Origin: a virus
Length of the DNA stretch: 64,000 nt
Virus record (IMG/VR): IMGVR_UViG_3300020433_000671
Location: 11,491 to 75,490 of that record
Reading direction: 5' to 3' (one strand)
Position 1 is the first letter of the stretch. Each line of letters begins with the position of its first letter. Position numbers and translations under genes: made by a program. Below are positions 45,195 to 54,377 of this stretch, one piece after another. A model generated the notes under the pieces. It was not told the DNA's origin. It searched no databases and saw nothing but the letters and a program-made list of their open reading frames with translations.

Positions 45195-47444
45195 TTAACT
45201 TGCTACTTCCGTGAATGCAACACCAGTTCTGGTTGCAGTAAATGTAAGAGTAATGTAGTTAATTGTACGTGTTGGTTTCACGAAGATTTCTGCGTAAAAT
45301 TCACCACGATCAACTGCCTCAGGTGGGTTGTTATCCTCATCACACTTAACCAAGAAGTCTGTCACACCACGACGACCTTGAACTTCACGAAGATAAGGTT
45401 CAACAATATTGAGGAATAGTGAACGCTGTGCAGCATCGTTTTGCTCAAAGAGTTGAGACTTAGCAGCACCAGAGATAACTCTCTCAATTGTTAGGAACAG
45501 ACGACGTACGTTGATTCTATCAAATGCGGATGCAAATCCTTGTGCTGTCTTATCACCAAATAGAACTACACCTTGACCAGGGAAAGAAACTACAGGGTTA
45601 ACACGAGCAGCATACAAGCGATCACGTTGAGTCTTGTTAGGAGTATATGTAAGTTTAATTGCATTCCTCAAAATACCACGTTGGAAACCTGCGGGTGAGA
45701 ACCATGGTTCAGCAGTTTCGGTGGTTTGTAAGCAAAGACCAGCAATGTCACCGTTAGTTGGAATGTAACGATATACGTCGTTATACTTGTCGTAGATATA
45801 CTTGTATCCAGAATCAAATACAACGTAATTACTGGAAGGTAGTGTATTAAAGAAATTAATAATGTTATTGGTAATTGTGTTTGAATTGCTTATACCAATG
45901 ACGTTACCACGACGAGGAGATACAAATAACATGCAATCTCTACGTTCTTCAACAATATTTGTTAAAGCGGTAATCTTAGCAAGTGCCTCAGCATCTGTAG
46001 CACCAGAAGGACCAGTTAAAATAAAGTCGATTGTCTGTGACTCAGGATCTTCAAGTAGTTCGTATGCAGTAGTAACATCAGTATTACTGACACTATAAAC
46101 ACCACCACTTGTTGCATAATCAGCACCTGAACCAAGTCTATAGTAGAATGTTGAGTTATTCTTAGAACCTAGAGTTGTACGACCTGCAGGATAATCAGTA
46201 GATCCATCTGAAGAACGTAGTAAGTTAAACTGACGATTAGCTGCGGAAACACCCCAAGTACCAGTAGAACCAGATGCACCTGCGTTAAATACTCCTAACT
46301 CATGCTCACCCCAGTAAACATACTCGGAACGTGCCTTTAGAACATTTACGTAGTAGTTTGTTTCACCAACAGAAGTCTTAGCATCAGATGCTTTAGAAAG
46401 ACCAATGAAACGCTCAAGTAAAGCACCAGTCGTACCAGTAATCTTACCATCAATATCAACTACAACAACATGTAGTTCGTCACGGAATCCTCCTTGCTCT
46501 GTAGCAAACTTAGAAGTTTCAGGACGTGGAGCAACGCTTACCCACTTTACACCAGGTAGATACTCACGCTCATCATACTCATCACGAACTGCAGTTATTG
46601 CAACAGCAGTTGAGTTTGTATCAGTAACGCTATCTGCAGCAGCAAAACTAATACTATCCTTATTGAGACCAATATACAAACGACGTTCGATAGTAGTATC
46701 AATAGCAGCAGTATTTGTTCCCTGAGTAATTACTTGATTGTCTGAGAGAATACCAGTAACACCGCCAGAAGGAAGACCGATTTCTAGTTTCTTATTGGCA
46801 GGATCCCATGCGAGAACATTTACTGTTTCATCAGAACCACCAATACTAATTGTAGTTGCAGAACCAACTGCAAAATCACCAACAACAGTGTCTACAGTAA
46901 GAACAATGCTATACTTGAAGACTTTACCAGCAGCACCAGAAGCGGCAGATACTGCTTCATCAGCAACAAACTCATGTTCGTTACCTGAACCAGGAGCAGG
47001 AAGAACAGCAATTTGATCAGCACCAGCATCAGTTACAAAAATACCTATTGAGTTGCCTTTACTTCCAGGAGTTTTTGCTGCCCAAGTAAAATTATTATTT
47101 GCAGTCTCGTAGTTTGTTTCGTAGTCATCAAAATTTTTGATGAGAGGTGCAGTTCCTGTATCAACAGCATTCTTCAATGAAGATGAAGTTACACGAACAG
47201 TTTTAAGAACACCACCATAGGAAAGGAACTGAGAAGCAGTAAACCAAAACTCGTAGTTGTTTTCATTTGGTTTACCAAATACATCCGTAAGTTGTCTTTC
47301 GTTAGCAATAGTTACGATTTCTTCAACTGGACCTTGTTCAAACGGTGCCGCAAGAACGCCAACATTTGCGGTAGATAGCGTGGTAATAGTGGTCAGGTCT
47401 CTTTCCTGAACTACTACACCTGGCGATGATTGATTTGCTGCCAT
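45195..47444 (-). CDS. g18: Tail sheath protein gp18
   Basis: SPGVVVQERD, PWFSPAG, GDKT and FDRINVRRLF. Confidence 0.97.
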   Translation of the reverse strand: MAANQSSPGVVVQERDLTTITTLSTANVGVLAAPFEQGPVEEIVTIANERQLTDVFGKPNENNYEFWFTASQFLSYGGVLKTVRVTSSSLKNAVDTGTAPLIKNFDDYETNYETANNNFTWAAKTPGSKGNSIGIFVTDAGADQIAVLPAPGSGNEHEFVADEAVSAASGAAGKVFKYSIVLTVDTVVGDFAVGSATTISIGGSDETVNVLAWDPANKKLEIGLPSGGVTGILSDNQVITQGTNTAAIDTTIERRLYIGLNKDSISFAAADSVTDTNSTAVAITAVRDEYDEREYLPGVKWVSVAPRPETSKFATEQGGFRDELHVVVVDIDGKITGTTGALLERFIGLSKASDAKTSVGETNYYVNVLKARSEYVYWGEHELGVFNAGASGSTGTWGVSAANRQFNLLRSSDGSTDYPAGRTTLGSKNNSTFYYRLGSGADYATSGGVYSVSNTDVTTAYELLEDPESQTIDFILTGPSGATDAEALAKITALTNIVEERRDCMLFVSPRRGNVIGISNSNTITNNIINFFNTLPSSNYVVFDSGYKYIYDKYNDVYRYIPTNGDIAGLCLQTTETAEPWFSPAGFQRGILRNAIKLTYTPNKTQRDRLYAARVNPVVSFPGQGVVLFGDKTAQGFASAFDRINVRRLFLTIERVISGAAKSQLFEQNDAAQRSLFLNIVEPYLREVQGRRGVTDFLVKCDEDNNPPEAVDRGEFYAEIFVKPTRTINYITLTFTATRTGVAFTEVAS

Positions 47445-47509
47445 GTTTAAATACTCCTAGAAAATGATGTCAACATCGGTTGTCTAAGATTATTTATATT
47501 TTTGAAACG

Positions 47510-49162
47510 TTACCTAAACTCCCACATATATGAACTATCTCCGTATTCCGCAATCTCCCATCTCTCCCCTTGTGCATCAATAATATGATCATCCTCTAAT
47601 CCATCTGATACAAATCCGAAGGGTGCCATATCTTGTTCAATATTTTCTCTTTGATCATCATAAATTCTTTGTCTCACATCATTGTCATGCATCTCTTTAA
47701 AATATTCTTGCATTGCCATCCACGAGAATATAACAAGGCACATAGCGAGGTCATCATTACATCCATCCTCTGCGGCAAAAGATTGCCCCTTGACTATAAA
47801 GGTAGTTAACTCTGAAATAGTATCGTAATCTTTAATTATTAATTTATCTTCTTCCAATAGTGCTTTAAGATTAGAGCAACCAACCGCTTTGACAGCAGTA
47901 CTCATTTTTACACCAAGTTGTGTTTTCTTACCTGAGAATCCCTGTCCTAATTGTTGACCTGCTCTCCCTCTCATAGCAACCTGTAGTAAGTTTTCATACT
48001 CAAGATCAAATTGAATGATATCTGCAACTTGACCACCAATATCATTTACCTCACATAATACATAAGCATTGTTATAATTTTTTGCTACATCTACTATAAT
48101 ATTAGGAAATATAATAGGTTTGATATCATTATTTCTATACTTAGCAACCATTTCATATGGCACGGTTGTAGTGTCTATGACACAAAACGCTGAATAGTCT
48201 TGACTTACACCACGAGAAACATCAACAGTTATGATATAATTATGATCTTTTTCTACGTGTTTATATATCGATAGACCTCTATTTTGTTGAATAGGATCTT
48301 CATAAGGCATAGACCTTAACTTACTAGGACTAATCAATGTATCAACAGATCCTAAGAACTCACATTCAAACTCAACCTTGAATTGTGATTCTGATGTATT
48401 AGCAATGGTTTGTTCCTTCCATGCTGCATCTCTACCAGGAACTTCAGACCAATGAACTTCCGTTGGTACATATTCATTTTTCTTTCTTTCTGCATCATGC
48501 CAAAGTTTATAGAACATATTCATCCCGTGAGGGGTAGAAATGATGATAACCTTGGTAGATTTACCAGATGAGATAGTAGGATATACAGAACTAAAGAACT
48601 GATCAGCGATATGATTCGGAACGAATGCGAATTCATCAAGAAATATAATATTAAACGACATCCCCCGCACAGCACTAGATGAAGTAGAAGCAGCCATGAT
48701 TTTACTTCCGTTTTCCAATTCCAAACTACCTCGGTTCCATTGGAGGATTCCTTGTTGGAGCCATTTTGGGAGATTTTCATAAGATAATTGTAGTCTTTGC
48801 AGCATCTCACGAGAAGTTGCTGCTTTGTTTGCTAGGATTGCGACATTAACATTCGCATTAAAAAGAACATACCACAACAGATAAGAAGTCACAATAGTTG
48901 ACTTACCTGACTGACGTGGTAACTTTGCTATATTGAATCTATTTAAATGAAATTTTTCTACCATTTCCTCTTGGAAATGATACATGTCAAAAGGAATCAA
49001 ACCACTATCAAGAGAAACAATCTTGATATAAGTTTGAATAAAATATACAGGATCCTCAGAACACTTAATATACTCCTGAACTTCTTCAGGACTAAACTGA
49101 GTGGCAACGTTTGCTTTCTTTAAATTTGGATTACCAAGATATTGTTCTTGATTCGTATTCAT
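47510..49162 (-). CDS. g17: Terminase large subunit gp17
   Basis: PRQSGKST, FLDEFAF, ISTPHG, VDVSRG and NDDLAM. Confidence 0.97.
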   Translation of the reverse strand: MNTNQEQYLGNPNLKKANVATQFSPEEVQEYIKCSEDPVYFIQTYIKIVSLDSGLIPFDMYHFQEEMVEKFHLNRFNIAKLPRQSGKSTIVTSYLLWYVLFNANVNVAILANKAATSREMLQRLQLSYENLPKWLQQGILQWNRGSLELENGSKIMAASTSSSAVRGMSFNIIFLDEFAFVPNHIADQFFSSVYPTISSGKSTKVIIISTPHGMNMFYKLWHDAERKKNEYVPTEVHWSEVPGRDAAWKEQTIANTSESQFKVEFECEFLGSVDTLISPSKLRSMPYEDPIQQNRGLSIYKHVEKDHNYIITVDVSRGVSQDYSAFCVIDTTTVPYEMVAKYRNNDIKPIIFPNIIVDVAKNYNNAYVLCEVNDIGGQVADIIQFDLEYENLLQVAMRGRAGQQLGQGFSGKKTQLGVKMSTAVKAVGCSNLKALLEEDKLIIKDYDTISELTTFIVKGQSFAAEDGCNDDLAMCLVIFSWMAMQEYFKEMHDNDVRQRIYDDQRENIEQDMAPFGFVSDGLEDDHIIDAQGERWEIAEYGDSSYMWEFR

Positions 49163-49426
49163 TTATTCTGGTCTGTATTCTTGAGATTTGTATGCTGTAT
49201 AATCTGGTGCAAGATTAGATTTTTTAAAATATTTGTTTATAACATCTACTTGATCTTGATATTTAGCAATGATATTTAACTCAGTTTCAATTGCTTCGGT
49301 AATATCAGAGTGTTCTCCTATACCTGCAGGATTAGTAAGATATACCTCTACATTAGCAACATGTTTTTGGATATCTCCTTGTGCATGTGCTAGAAGTGCT
49401 CTAATTAATTGTTCTCTCATACTCAT
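49163..49426 (-). CDS. Conserved cyanophage hypothetical protein
   Basis: HAQGDIQKHVANVEVYL...GIGEHSD. Confidence 0.8.
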   Translation of the reverse strand: MSMREQLIRALLAHAQGDIQKHVANVEVYLTNPAGIGEHSDITEAIETELNIIAKYQDQVDVINKYFKKSNLAPDYTAYKSQEYRPE

Positions 49427-49430
49427 AAAT

Positions 49431-49892
49431 TTACTCCATTAATGTACCACGTGATCTGCGAAGAACTCGTAGTTCTTCAAAATCTTTTTGTTTTGTACCA
49501 CCATCGTATGGCCAAGCGTATCCCTCACCAATCATTTGTTCGTTGAGAGATACATTATCATCACCAACGTACAACCAACCAAGTAACCGACCATACTTAC
49601 CAACCCCACCCTTAAGTTCAGTCCTAATAGTGAGTTCGTCGTCTCCCTTAATAGCAGCATTGAGTTTTTCTTTTAACCAATTAGTAGCATCTATTCCCAA
49701 TGCCTTCTCTTCCAAGTTCCTTGTTCTTTTCTCTGGCGTATCAACGCCTGCAATTCTAACTCTTTCTTTCTTGTATAGATCAAAACCGAGATCGATAGTA
49801 ACGTCAATAGTGTCACCATCAAGCACCTTGTTTATTTTTGTCACTCGGAAATTGTAACAACTCTTTCGTGACGGTGGTGTCATTGCTCCCAT
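49431..49892 (-). CDS. Thermonuclease (staphylococcal nuclease-like)
   Basis: VLDGDTI, RVRIAGVDTPE, GKYGRLL and GYAWPY. Confidence 0.88.
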   Translation of the reverse strand: MGAMTPPSRKSCYNFRVTKINKVLDGDTIDVTIDLGFDLYKKERVRIAGVDTPEKRTRNLEEKALGIDATNWLKEKLNAAIKGDDELTIRTELKGGVGKYGRLLGWLYVGDDNVSLNEQMIGEGYAWPYDGGTKQKDFEELRVLRRSRGTLME

Positions 49893-49992
49893 CTTTCATC
49901 TCCATAAATGACATCTTTAGTATATAGTAGATGTACCAAGAGACGATTACGACAAGTATTGCGACCATAATAACAACACTCCAAACCACCAT
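49819..49992 (-). CDS. 57-aa single-TM protein (not in ORF track)
   Basis: MVVWSVVIMVAILVVIVSWYIYYILKMSFMEMKD...; overlaps the nuclease start. Confidence 0.55.
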   Translation of the reverse strand: MVVWSVVIMVAILVVIVSWYIYYILKMSFMEMKDGSNDTTVTKELLQFPSDKNKQGA

Positions 49993-50094
49993 TTGACCAA
50001 AACTTATCGTACATGAATATGTATGGTAATTACCACACGCACTTTTTATTCTAGGTAGTTATACTTATACATAGTAATAAATACTTAGACAATC

Positions 50095-50202
50095 ATGAAA
50101 ACATACTTAACCGCAATGTCAATCTTCGCTACAGTTATTACTGCGGTAGCATTTGCACCACAGTTAGCATACGCAGGTCAAGTATCATACTTCACTCTAT
50201 AA
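50095..50202 (+). CDS. 35-aa signal-peptide-like microprotein (not in ORF track)
   Basis: AATAAATA promoter-like site upstream; MKTYLTAMSIFATVITAVAFAPQLAYAGQVSYFTL. Confidence 0.5.
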   Translation: MKTYLTAMSIFATVITAVAFAPQLAYAGQVSYFTL

Positions 50203-50398
50203 GTGACCCTTTTTGTCTAACGTAATCTAATCCTGATTCGTTAGTAACCATATCAATAAAAGAAGGATGCTCCCTGAGATAGGGTACATCCTCCTTACTG
50301 TTTTGAATTGCTTCGTATGAGTTTGCAGCGTACTCACAAATTTCGTGGTGATGCTGTTCAGCATCGTGATACCCAATGGTATAGTGACTTAGGGGCAT
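50192..50398 (-). CDS. Conserved cyanobacterial/cyanophage small protein
   Basis: HYTIGYHD...EICEYA...EDVPYL.EHP. Confidence 0.75.
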   Translation of the reverse strand: MPLSHYTIGYHDAEQHHHEICEYAANSYEAIQNSKEDVPYLREHPSFIDMVTNESGLDYVRQKGSLIE

Positions 50399-50481
50399 GA
50401 TCTTTCAATCCCATAGTTATGTACATGTATTTATTATAGCACATAAGTAAAATTACGCAAATGTGTGTGTATTCTACTACA

Positions 50482-50742
50482 TCACTTTTCTCCAAATACC
50501 ATGTCTTCAACAGTTGATTCTCGAATACCTAAATGCTCACAAATAAGTTTATCAATAGCAGCATACGTATCAGATAAAATAATATGAGAACGACTTTTGA
50601 TTGCTATTTCATCAATGTCATCACTTGAGACAAGTGTTCCCATCACACATTTTTCAGCAAAAGCACGATAACCAGACATTTTTTTAATTCGTTCTTCAAC
50701 GATTTTATTTAAATTGATAGTCACTTTGATGTCTGTATCCAT
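50482..50742 (-). CDS. Hypothetical protein
   Basis: 86 aa; GGAG RBS. Confidence 0.65.
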   Translation of the reverse strand: MDTDIKVTINLNKIVEERIKKMSGYRAFAEKCVMGTLVSSDDIDEIAIKSRSHIILSDTYAAIDKLICEHLGIRESTVEDMVFGEK

Positions 50743-50760
50743 TAGTAATGATCTCCTATT

Positions 50761-50982
50761 TCAATCATCATCAGATAACTGTTTGAATACTAAGAGTGGT
50801 TCATCAACTCCCTCCATTTCTGGATGTTGTTTATAAGCTCTCATTGCGTCATTATAATTTCTTACTGGTCGTTTGTCAAACTCTTCTAGTGTAGATGTTG
50901 TCATTTTCCACATAAAAGCAAAGGTTGCTCCAAACAGACCAACAAAAAAACACAGGTATATGAATACTGTTATATCATTCAT
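50761..50982 (-). CDS. DUF2973-like small membrane protein
   Basis: N-terminal TM followed by HPEM...EPLLVF. Confidence 0.7.
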   Translation of the reverse strand: MNDITVFIYLCFFVGLFGATFAFMWKMTTSTLEEFDKRPVRNYNDAMRAYKQHPEMEGVDEPLLVFKQLSDDD

Positions 50983-51332
50983 CTTCTTAATATTTTTTGA
51001 ATTGGAACTTGTTTTATCTTATCAATAATATCAGTTTCTATTCTGTCTAGTATATTTACATCTAAATGCATGAATGGTGGAATGATACCAAGCATTCTAA
51101 GTAATCCATCTACAAACAATGCAAGTGTGGTAAATCCAAGAATCATACTAATGACAGTGGCATCACGATTATGTTTTGCCATAGACTCTTCATCTATACG
51201 TCTTGCCTCATCGATAGCTGTTTTGACAGCAGCATCAATCAAGAGATTAACTTCTTGTTTAGTGTAAGTATTTCTTGGAGAATTTGTCGTTACTGATGTA
51301 ACAGGAAAGTCCCGTATTAAAGTTTTAATCAT
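50979..51332 (-). CDS. Membrane hypothetical protein
   Basis: HNRDATVISMILGFTTLALFVDGLLRMLGIIPPF. Confidence 0.75.
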   Translation of the reverse strand: MIKTLIRDFPVTSVTTNSPRNTYTKQEVNLLIDAAVKTAIDEARRIDEESMAKHNRDATVISMILGFTTLALFVDGLLRMLGIIPPFMHLDVNILDRIETDIIDKIKQVPIQKILRR

Positions 51333-51359
51333 GATTGTTGCTTTTCTATATGTATTATA

Positions 51360-51521
51360 TCACATCATTTCGTAATTGTGTGACAATGGTCGTTTACCCA
51401 TTTTTTCTTGATGTTCTCTATCTAACTCGTATAATTTACTCATCATCTTTTGTTTCTTTTCAATGTCGTCAAGTTTCTTTTGAACGTCCCTAATTTCGGA
51501 CTCAATCGATCTATCGGTCAT
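51360..51521 (-). CDS. 53-aa coiled-coil protein (not in ORF track)
   Basis: MTDRSIESEIRDVQKKLDDIEKKQKMMSKLYELDREHQEKMGKRPLSHNYEMM; late promoter at 51594-51601. Confidence 0.65.
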   Translation of the reverse strand: MTDRSIESEIRDVQKKLDDIEKKQKMMSKLYELDREHQEKMGKRPLSHNYEMM

Positions 51522-51603
51522 TTAAATTTTTAAATACTGCTCTCAAACCTCCTTGCCTAAAACTACACAACAAGTTGTTGATTTGAGTAAAAGTATTTAT
51601 AAT

Positions 51604-52509
51604 TTAAGATTTCTTCATTTTTGCTTTCGCCTTTGCTTCATCCTGTTTTTTTAAGTAACTTTTAAGTTGCTTTAATTTAATATCACGAATCAGTTTAGAA
51701 CGTTTGCTAAGATATGGAGGGTTAGTTTTTTGGATAGCTTTGATTGCCATATCACCAATACCCTCTTCTATTTCATTCTCTTCATTTGCCTTAACACAGT
51801 TTGGATATCTCTTTCCAAACATAGTTTTCATACCTTTCTTCTTATATCCTTTCCAACATTTTTCATCAAGGGTTTCTTCGTTACCTTCTTTTACACTTTT
51901 AGGTTTCTTATCAGGAACAAATTTGACTGGTTTTGATACTGTGCCACCTGTTTTTTTGTCAAGCACTGCAACTCTAGGTGGTGTAGATTCCATGTTCTTG
52001 AAATCTTTATGAGTTCCCTTTAACTTTTTATATGACATCCTTGCATAAGATGTATTCTTAGGCATTGATATTTCATTTACATCTTCAACTTCTTCTTTCT
52101 TTGTTTTTTTCTTAACATTCTTTTTGTAGTATTCAGTCTTCTTTGGATCAGCACCTAAGAAATAATCCATAGAGGAACCTGATTTATCATACTTAATTTT
52201 TTCTTCTACTGAACTAGGTGTACCATCTCCATGCTCAATAGGATTACCTTTAGCATCTTTCTGATGATGTTCTTTCCTCAAACCTAAACGACCCAAGAGA
52301 GATTTTTTCTTAGGTGATTTATATCCGTGACGTTTGGCATAATCCATATAGGATTCTCCCTTTCTCAACTTTTTAGGATCAGATTTTGGTTTGGATGCAG
52401 CAGCACGATCTTCACGAGCACGTTGATTTGCACCAGGACCACCTAACTTTCGATCCTTATCAGGATCGGGATGCCAGTAGTCTCCTCTTTCGTTAATCAT
52501 TTTATCCAT
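51604..52509 (-). CDS. Lys-rich modular putative internal head polyprotein
   Basis: INE/VEE/VNE/LDE/IEE junctions; shares the CWK...C module with 2430-3539. Confidence 0.7.
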   Translation of the reverse strand: MDKMINERGDYWHPDPDKDRKLGGPGANQRAREDRAAASKPKSDPKKLRKGESYMDYAKRHGYKSPKKKSLLGRLGLRKEHHQKDAKGNPIEHGDGTPSSVEEKIKYDKSGSSMDYFLGADPKKTEYYKKNVKKKTKKEEVEDVNEISMPKNTSYARMSYKKLKGTHKDFKNMESTPPRVAVLDKKTGGTVSKPVKFVPDKKPKSVKEGNEETLDEKCWKGYKKKGMKTMFGKRYPNCVKANEENEIEEGIGDMAIKAIQKTNPPYLSKRSKLIRDIKLKQLKSYLKKQDEAKAKAKMKKS

Positions 52510-53401
52510 AATGGTATGCTGCTTTGTTAGTTTTACCTAATTTACCCTTTCTAACTTTCGTTCCAGAAGTTTCTCCCATTCCAGAAGGGTTTTTTCCTGG
52601 TTTTGCCTTGCCTACATTGGCAGACTTATTTGGTTTTTTATTTTCAGTATCATGCAATCTAGCAGGTTTACCTGCTTTTTTAGTGATAACTGACTCCTGA
52701 CCATGTTTACGACCTAATCGTCGCATGACTTTACCGAAACGTCTCTTGCTCATACCTTTACCTGGTGAGGTTTGGTATGAGACTTCACGTCCAGTTCCTT
52801 CACCTGATGAATATTTATATTCTCCCACTCCTTTCTTGTAACCAATACCTTTTTTCTTGAGATCTTTCTCAAGATTTTTTCTGCTTTCTCTATTTTTCTT
52901 CTCGTCAGTTCCCCGATCTGCAGAAATATTTCCAGTGGTTTTAGATTTTGCTTTAGAAAGCATCCTTGCAGTAGGATTACCCTCAACAAGTTTGATAAAA
53001 TCCTTGTAATACATTCCTTCTTTTTTCATAGGTAAACCCTTGTGCTTTGTTTTAGCAAAATCTTTTACGTCTGAACGCTTGGCGGTGGCAGCAACTTTGG
53101 CAACCTCAGGCGAGGGATTTTCCATTTCCCCTTTCTGAGCCGCTCGAACCATTCCGAAAAATCTTTGTTGTTTTTTGGATACTGCTTTTTCATTGATGCC
53201 TCCAAACACATCATTGTATGTAGGTGGCATTTTTTGCATTTCACCCATTGCCATTTTATTTGCAGTTTTATGCATGACTTCTTTATCACGCTTGCCGTAT
53301 AGTTTAGACCAACGTTGTTTACCCTTCATCATACCTCTAATATATTTTCTAGCGGTTTGATTAATTGCGGGTGGAATGTCAGACTTAAAACCTTCAGCCA
53401 T
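52502..53401 (-). CDS. Lys-rich modular putative internal head polyprotein
   Basis: Three modules separated by GGINE and YYKDFIKLVE. Confidence 0.7.
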   Translation of the reverse strand: MAEGFKSDIPPAINQTARKYIRGMMKGKQRWSKLYGKRDKEVMHKTANKMAMGEMQKMPPTYNDVFGGINEKAVSKKQQRFFGMVRAAQKGEMENPSPEVAKVAATAKRSDVKDFAKTKHKGLPMKKEGMYYKDFIKLVEGNPTARMLSKAKSKTTGNISADRGTDEKKNRESRKNLEKDLKKKGIGYKKGVGEYKYSSGEGTGREVSYQTSPGKGMSKRRFGKVMRRLGRKHGQESVITKKAGKPARLHDTENKKPNKSANVGKAKPGKNPSGMGETSGTKVRKGKLGKTNKAAYHYG

Positions 53402-53402
53402 G

Positions 53403-53939
53403 TTAACCGCCGACTACTTGTACTTCTTCAACAATAACTGCACTAGTAGCAGCTGTTATCTTAACAGCACGTAAAATTCTTGCTTTAGAACCAGATGACC
53501 AAGTGTAATCAGCACTAGCACCAGAAGAATCTACGTCAGTAGTTAGTATATTATTTGTTGAAATTGCAGTTATTTTTTTACCAGCAGTTCCAGCAGAGAG
53601 ATAGTTACTATCAATTGTTGGAGATGTGCCATCATCAATAATAGCAATAAAATCTCCCACAGAAAATGGGTGATTTGCAGATGTATCTTGAATATGTTCA
53701 CCAACAAAATAATCAGCAGTTGCATCATCAACCGCTTTAACTATTTTTGCTTGTCCAGGTTTACTACCCTTGATAAGGATAAATTCATTCTGCACTAAAG
53801 TTATTGCAGGACCATCATTGAAGGAAACAGTGGCAGCACCTGCTGTAGAACCAACTCTATAATATCCTGTCTGTACCGTTTGAAATTCAGAAGCACCTGC
53901 TGCTACCGAATTAGTACTTAATACGTTAAGAACTGTCAT
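53403..53939 (-). CDS. Conserved hypothetical protein downstream of g16 (probable virion protein)
   Basis: 178-aa beta-rich ORF ending in EEVQVVGG. Confidence 0.65.
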   Translation of the reverse strand: MTVLNVLSTNSVAAGASEFQTVQTGYYRVGSTAGAATVSFNDGPAITLVQNEFILIKGSKPGQAKIVKAVDDATADYFVGEHIQDTSANHPFSVGDFIAIIDDGTSPTIDSNYLSAGTAGKKITAISTNNILTTDVDSSGASADYTWSSGSKARILRAVKITAATSAVIVEEVQVVGG

Positions 53940-53945
53940 GTCTTG

Positions 53946-54377
53946 TTATTTCGTGTCGTTATTATTTATCTCCTTTTGTTTCTTTAACATTTTTTGTAAA
54001 TCTGCAGTGCTACCAACAAACATTGTGTTATTAACAGTAGATGGTCCTGACTTTTTATCTTCAGCATCCAACTCTTTCATTTTCTTTTGCAAGTCAATAA
54101 GTTTGTCAGCAGTATCTGCTACGTTTTTAATAAGTTGGCCTGCCACCTCATAAGCTCTAGGATGATCGCTTGCTCTCGCAACGTCAAGTATGCCATCTAC
54201 TGCCTCCTGTCCTTTCATTACCAAGTTATGTAGTTGAGCACGACTAACCTCATAGTCTTGCTTCACATCATTTTCTTCAGATTTTTTTAATTGCGGTTTT
54301 ACCTTTTCAACATGCTTTTTAAGTTCAGAAGGTTCTGCTCCAAAAGCATTATCGAGACCAGAGAAAGGATTTGTCAT
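53946..54377 (-). CDS. g16: Terminase small subunit gp16
   Basis: DYEVSR, HPRAYEVAGQLIK and FVGSTADLQK. Confidence 0.94.
   Translation of the reverse strand: MTNPFSGLDNAFGAEPSELKKHVEKVKPQLKKSEENDVKQDYEVSRAQLHNLVMKGQEAVDGILDVARASDHPRAYEVAGQLIKNVADTADKLIDLQKKMKELDAEDKKSGPSTVNNTMFVGSTADLQKMLKKQKEINNNDTK

Noticed and set aside
9673-49162. Introns or inteins in g41, uvsX, g43, g46, g20 or g17
   Set aside because: The ORFs are uninterrupted and of ordinary length, with no intein-like insertion or LAGLIDADG motifs seen.
49993-50481. NtcA (GTA-N8-TAC) or Pho boxes in the island's intergenic gaps
   Set aside because: The GTA..TAC pairs I inspected have the wrong spacing, and I saw no convincing direct repeat.
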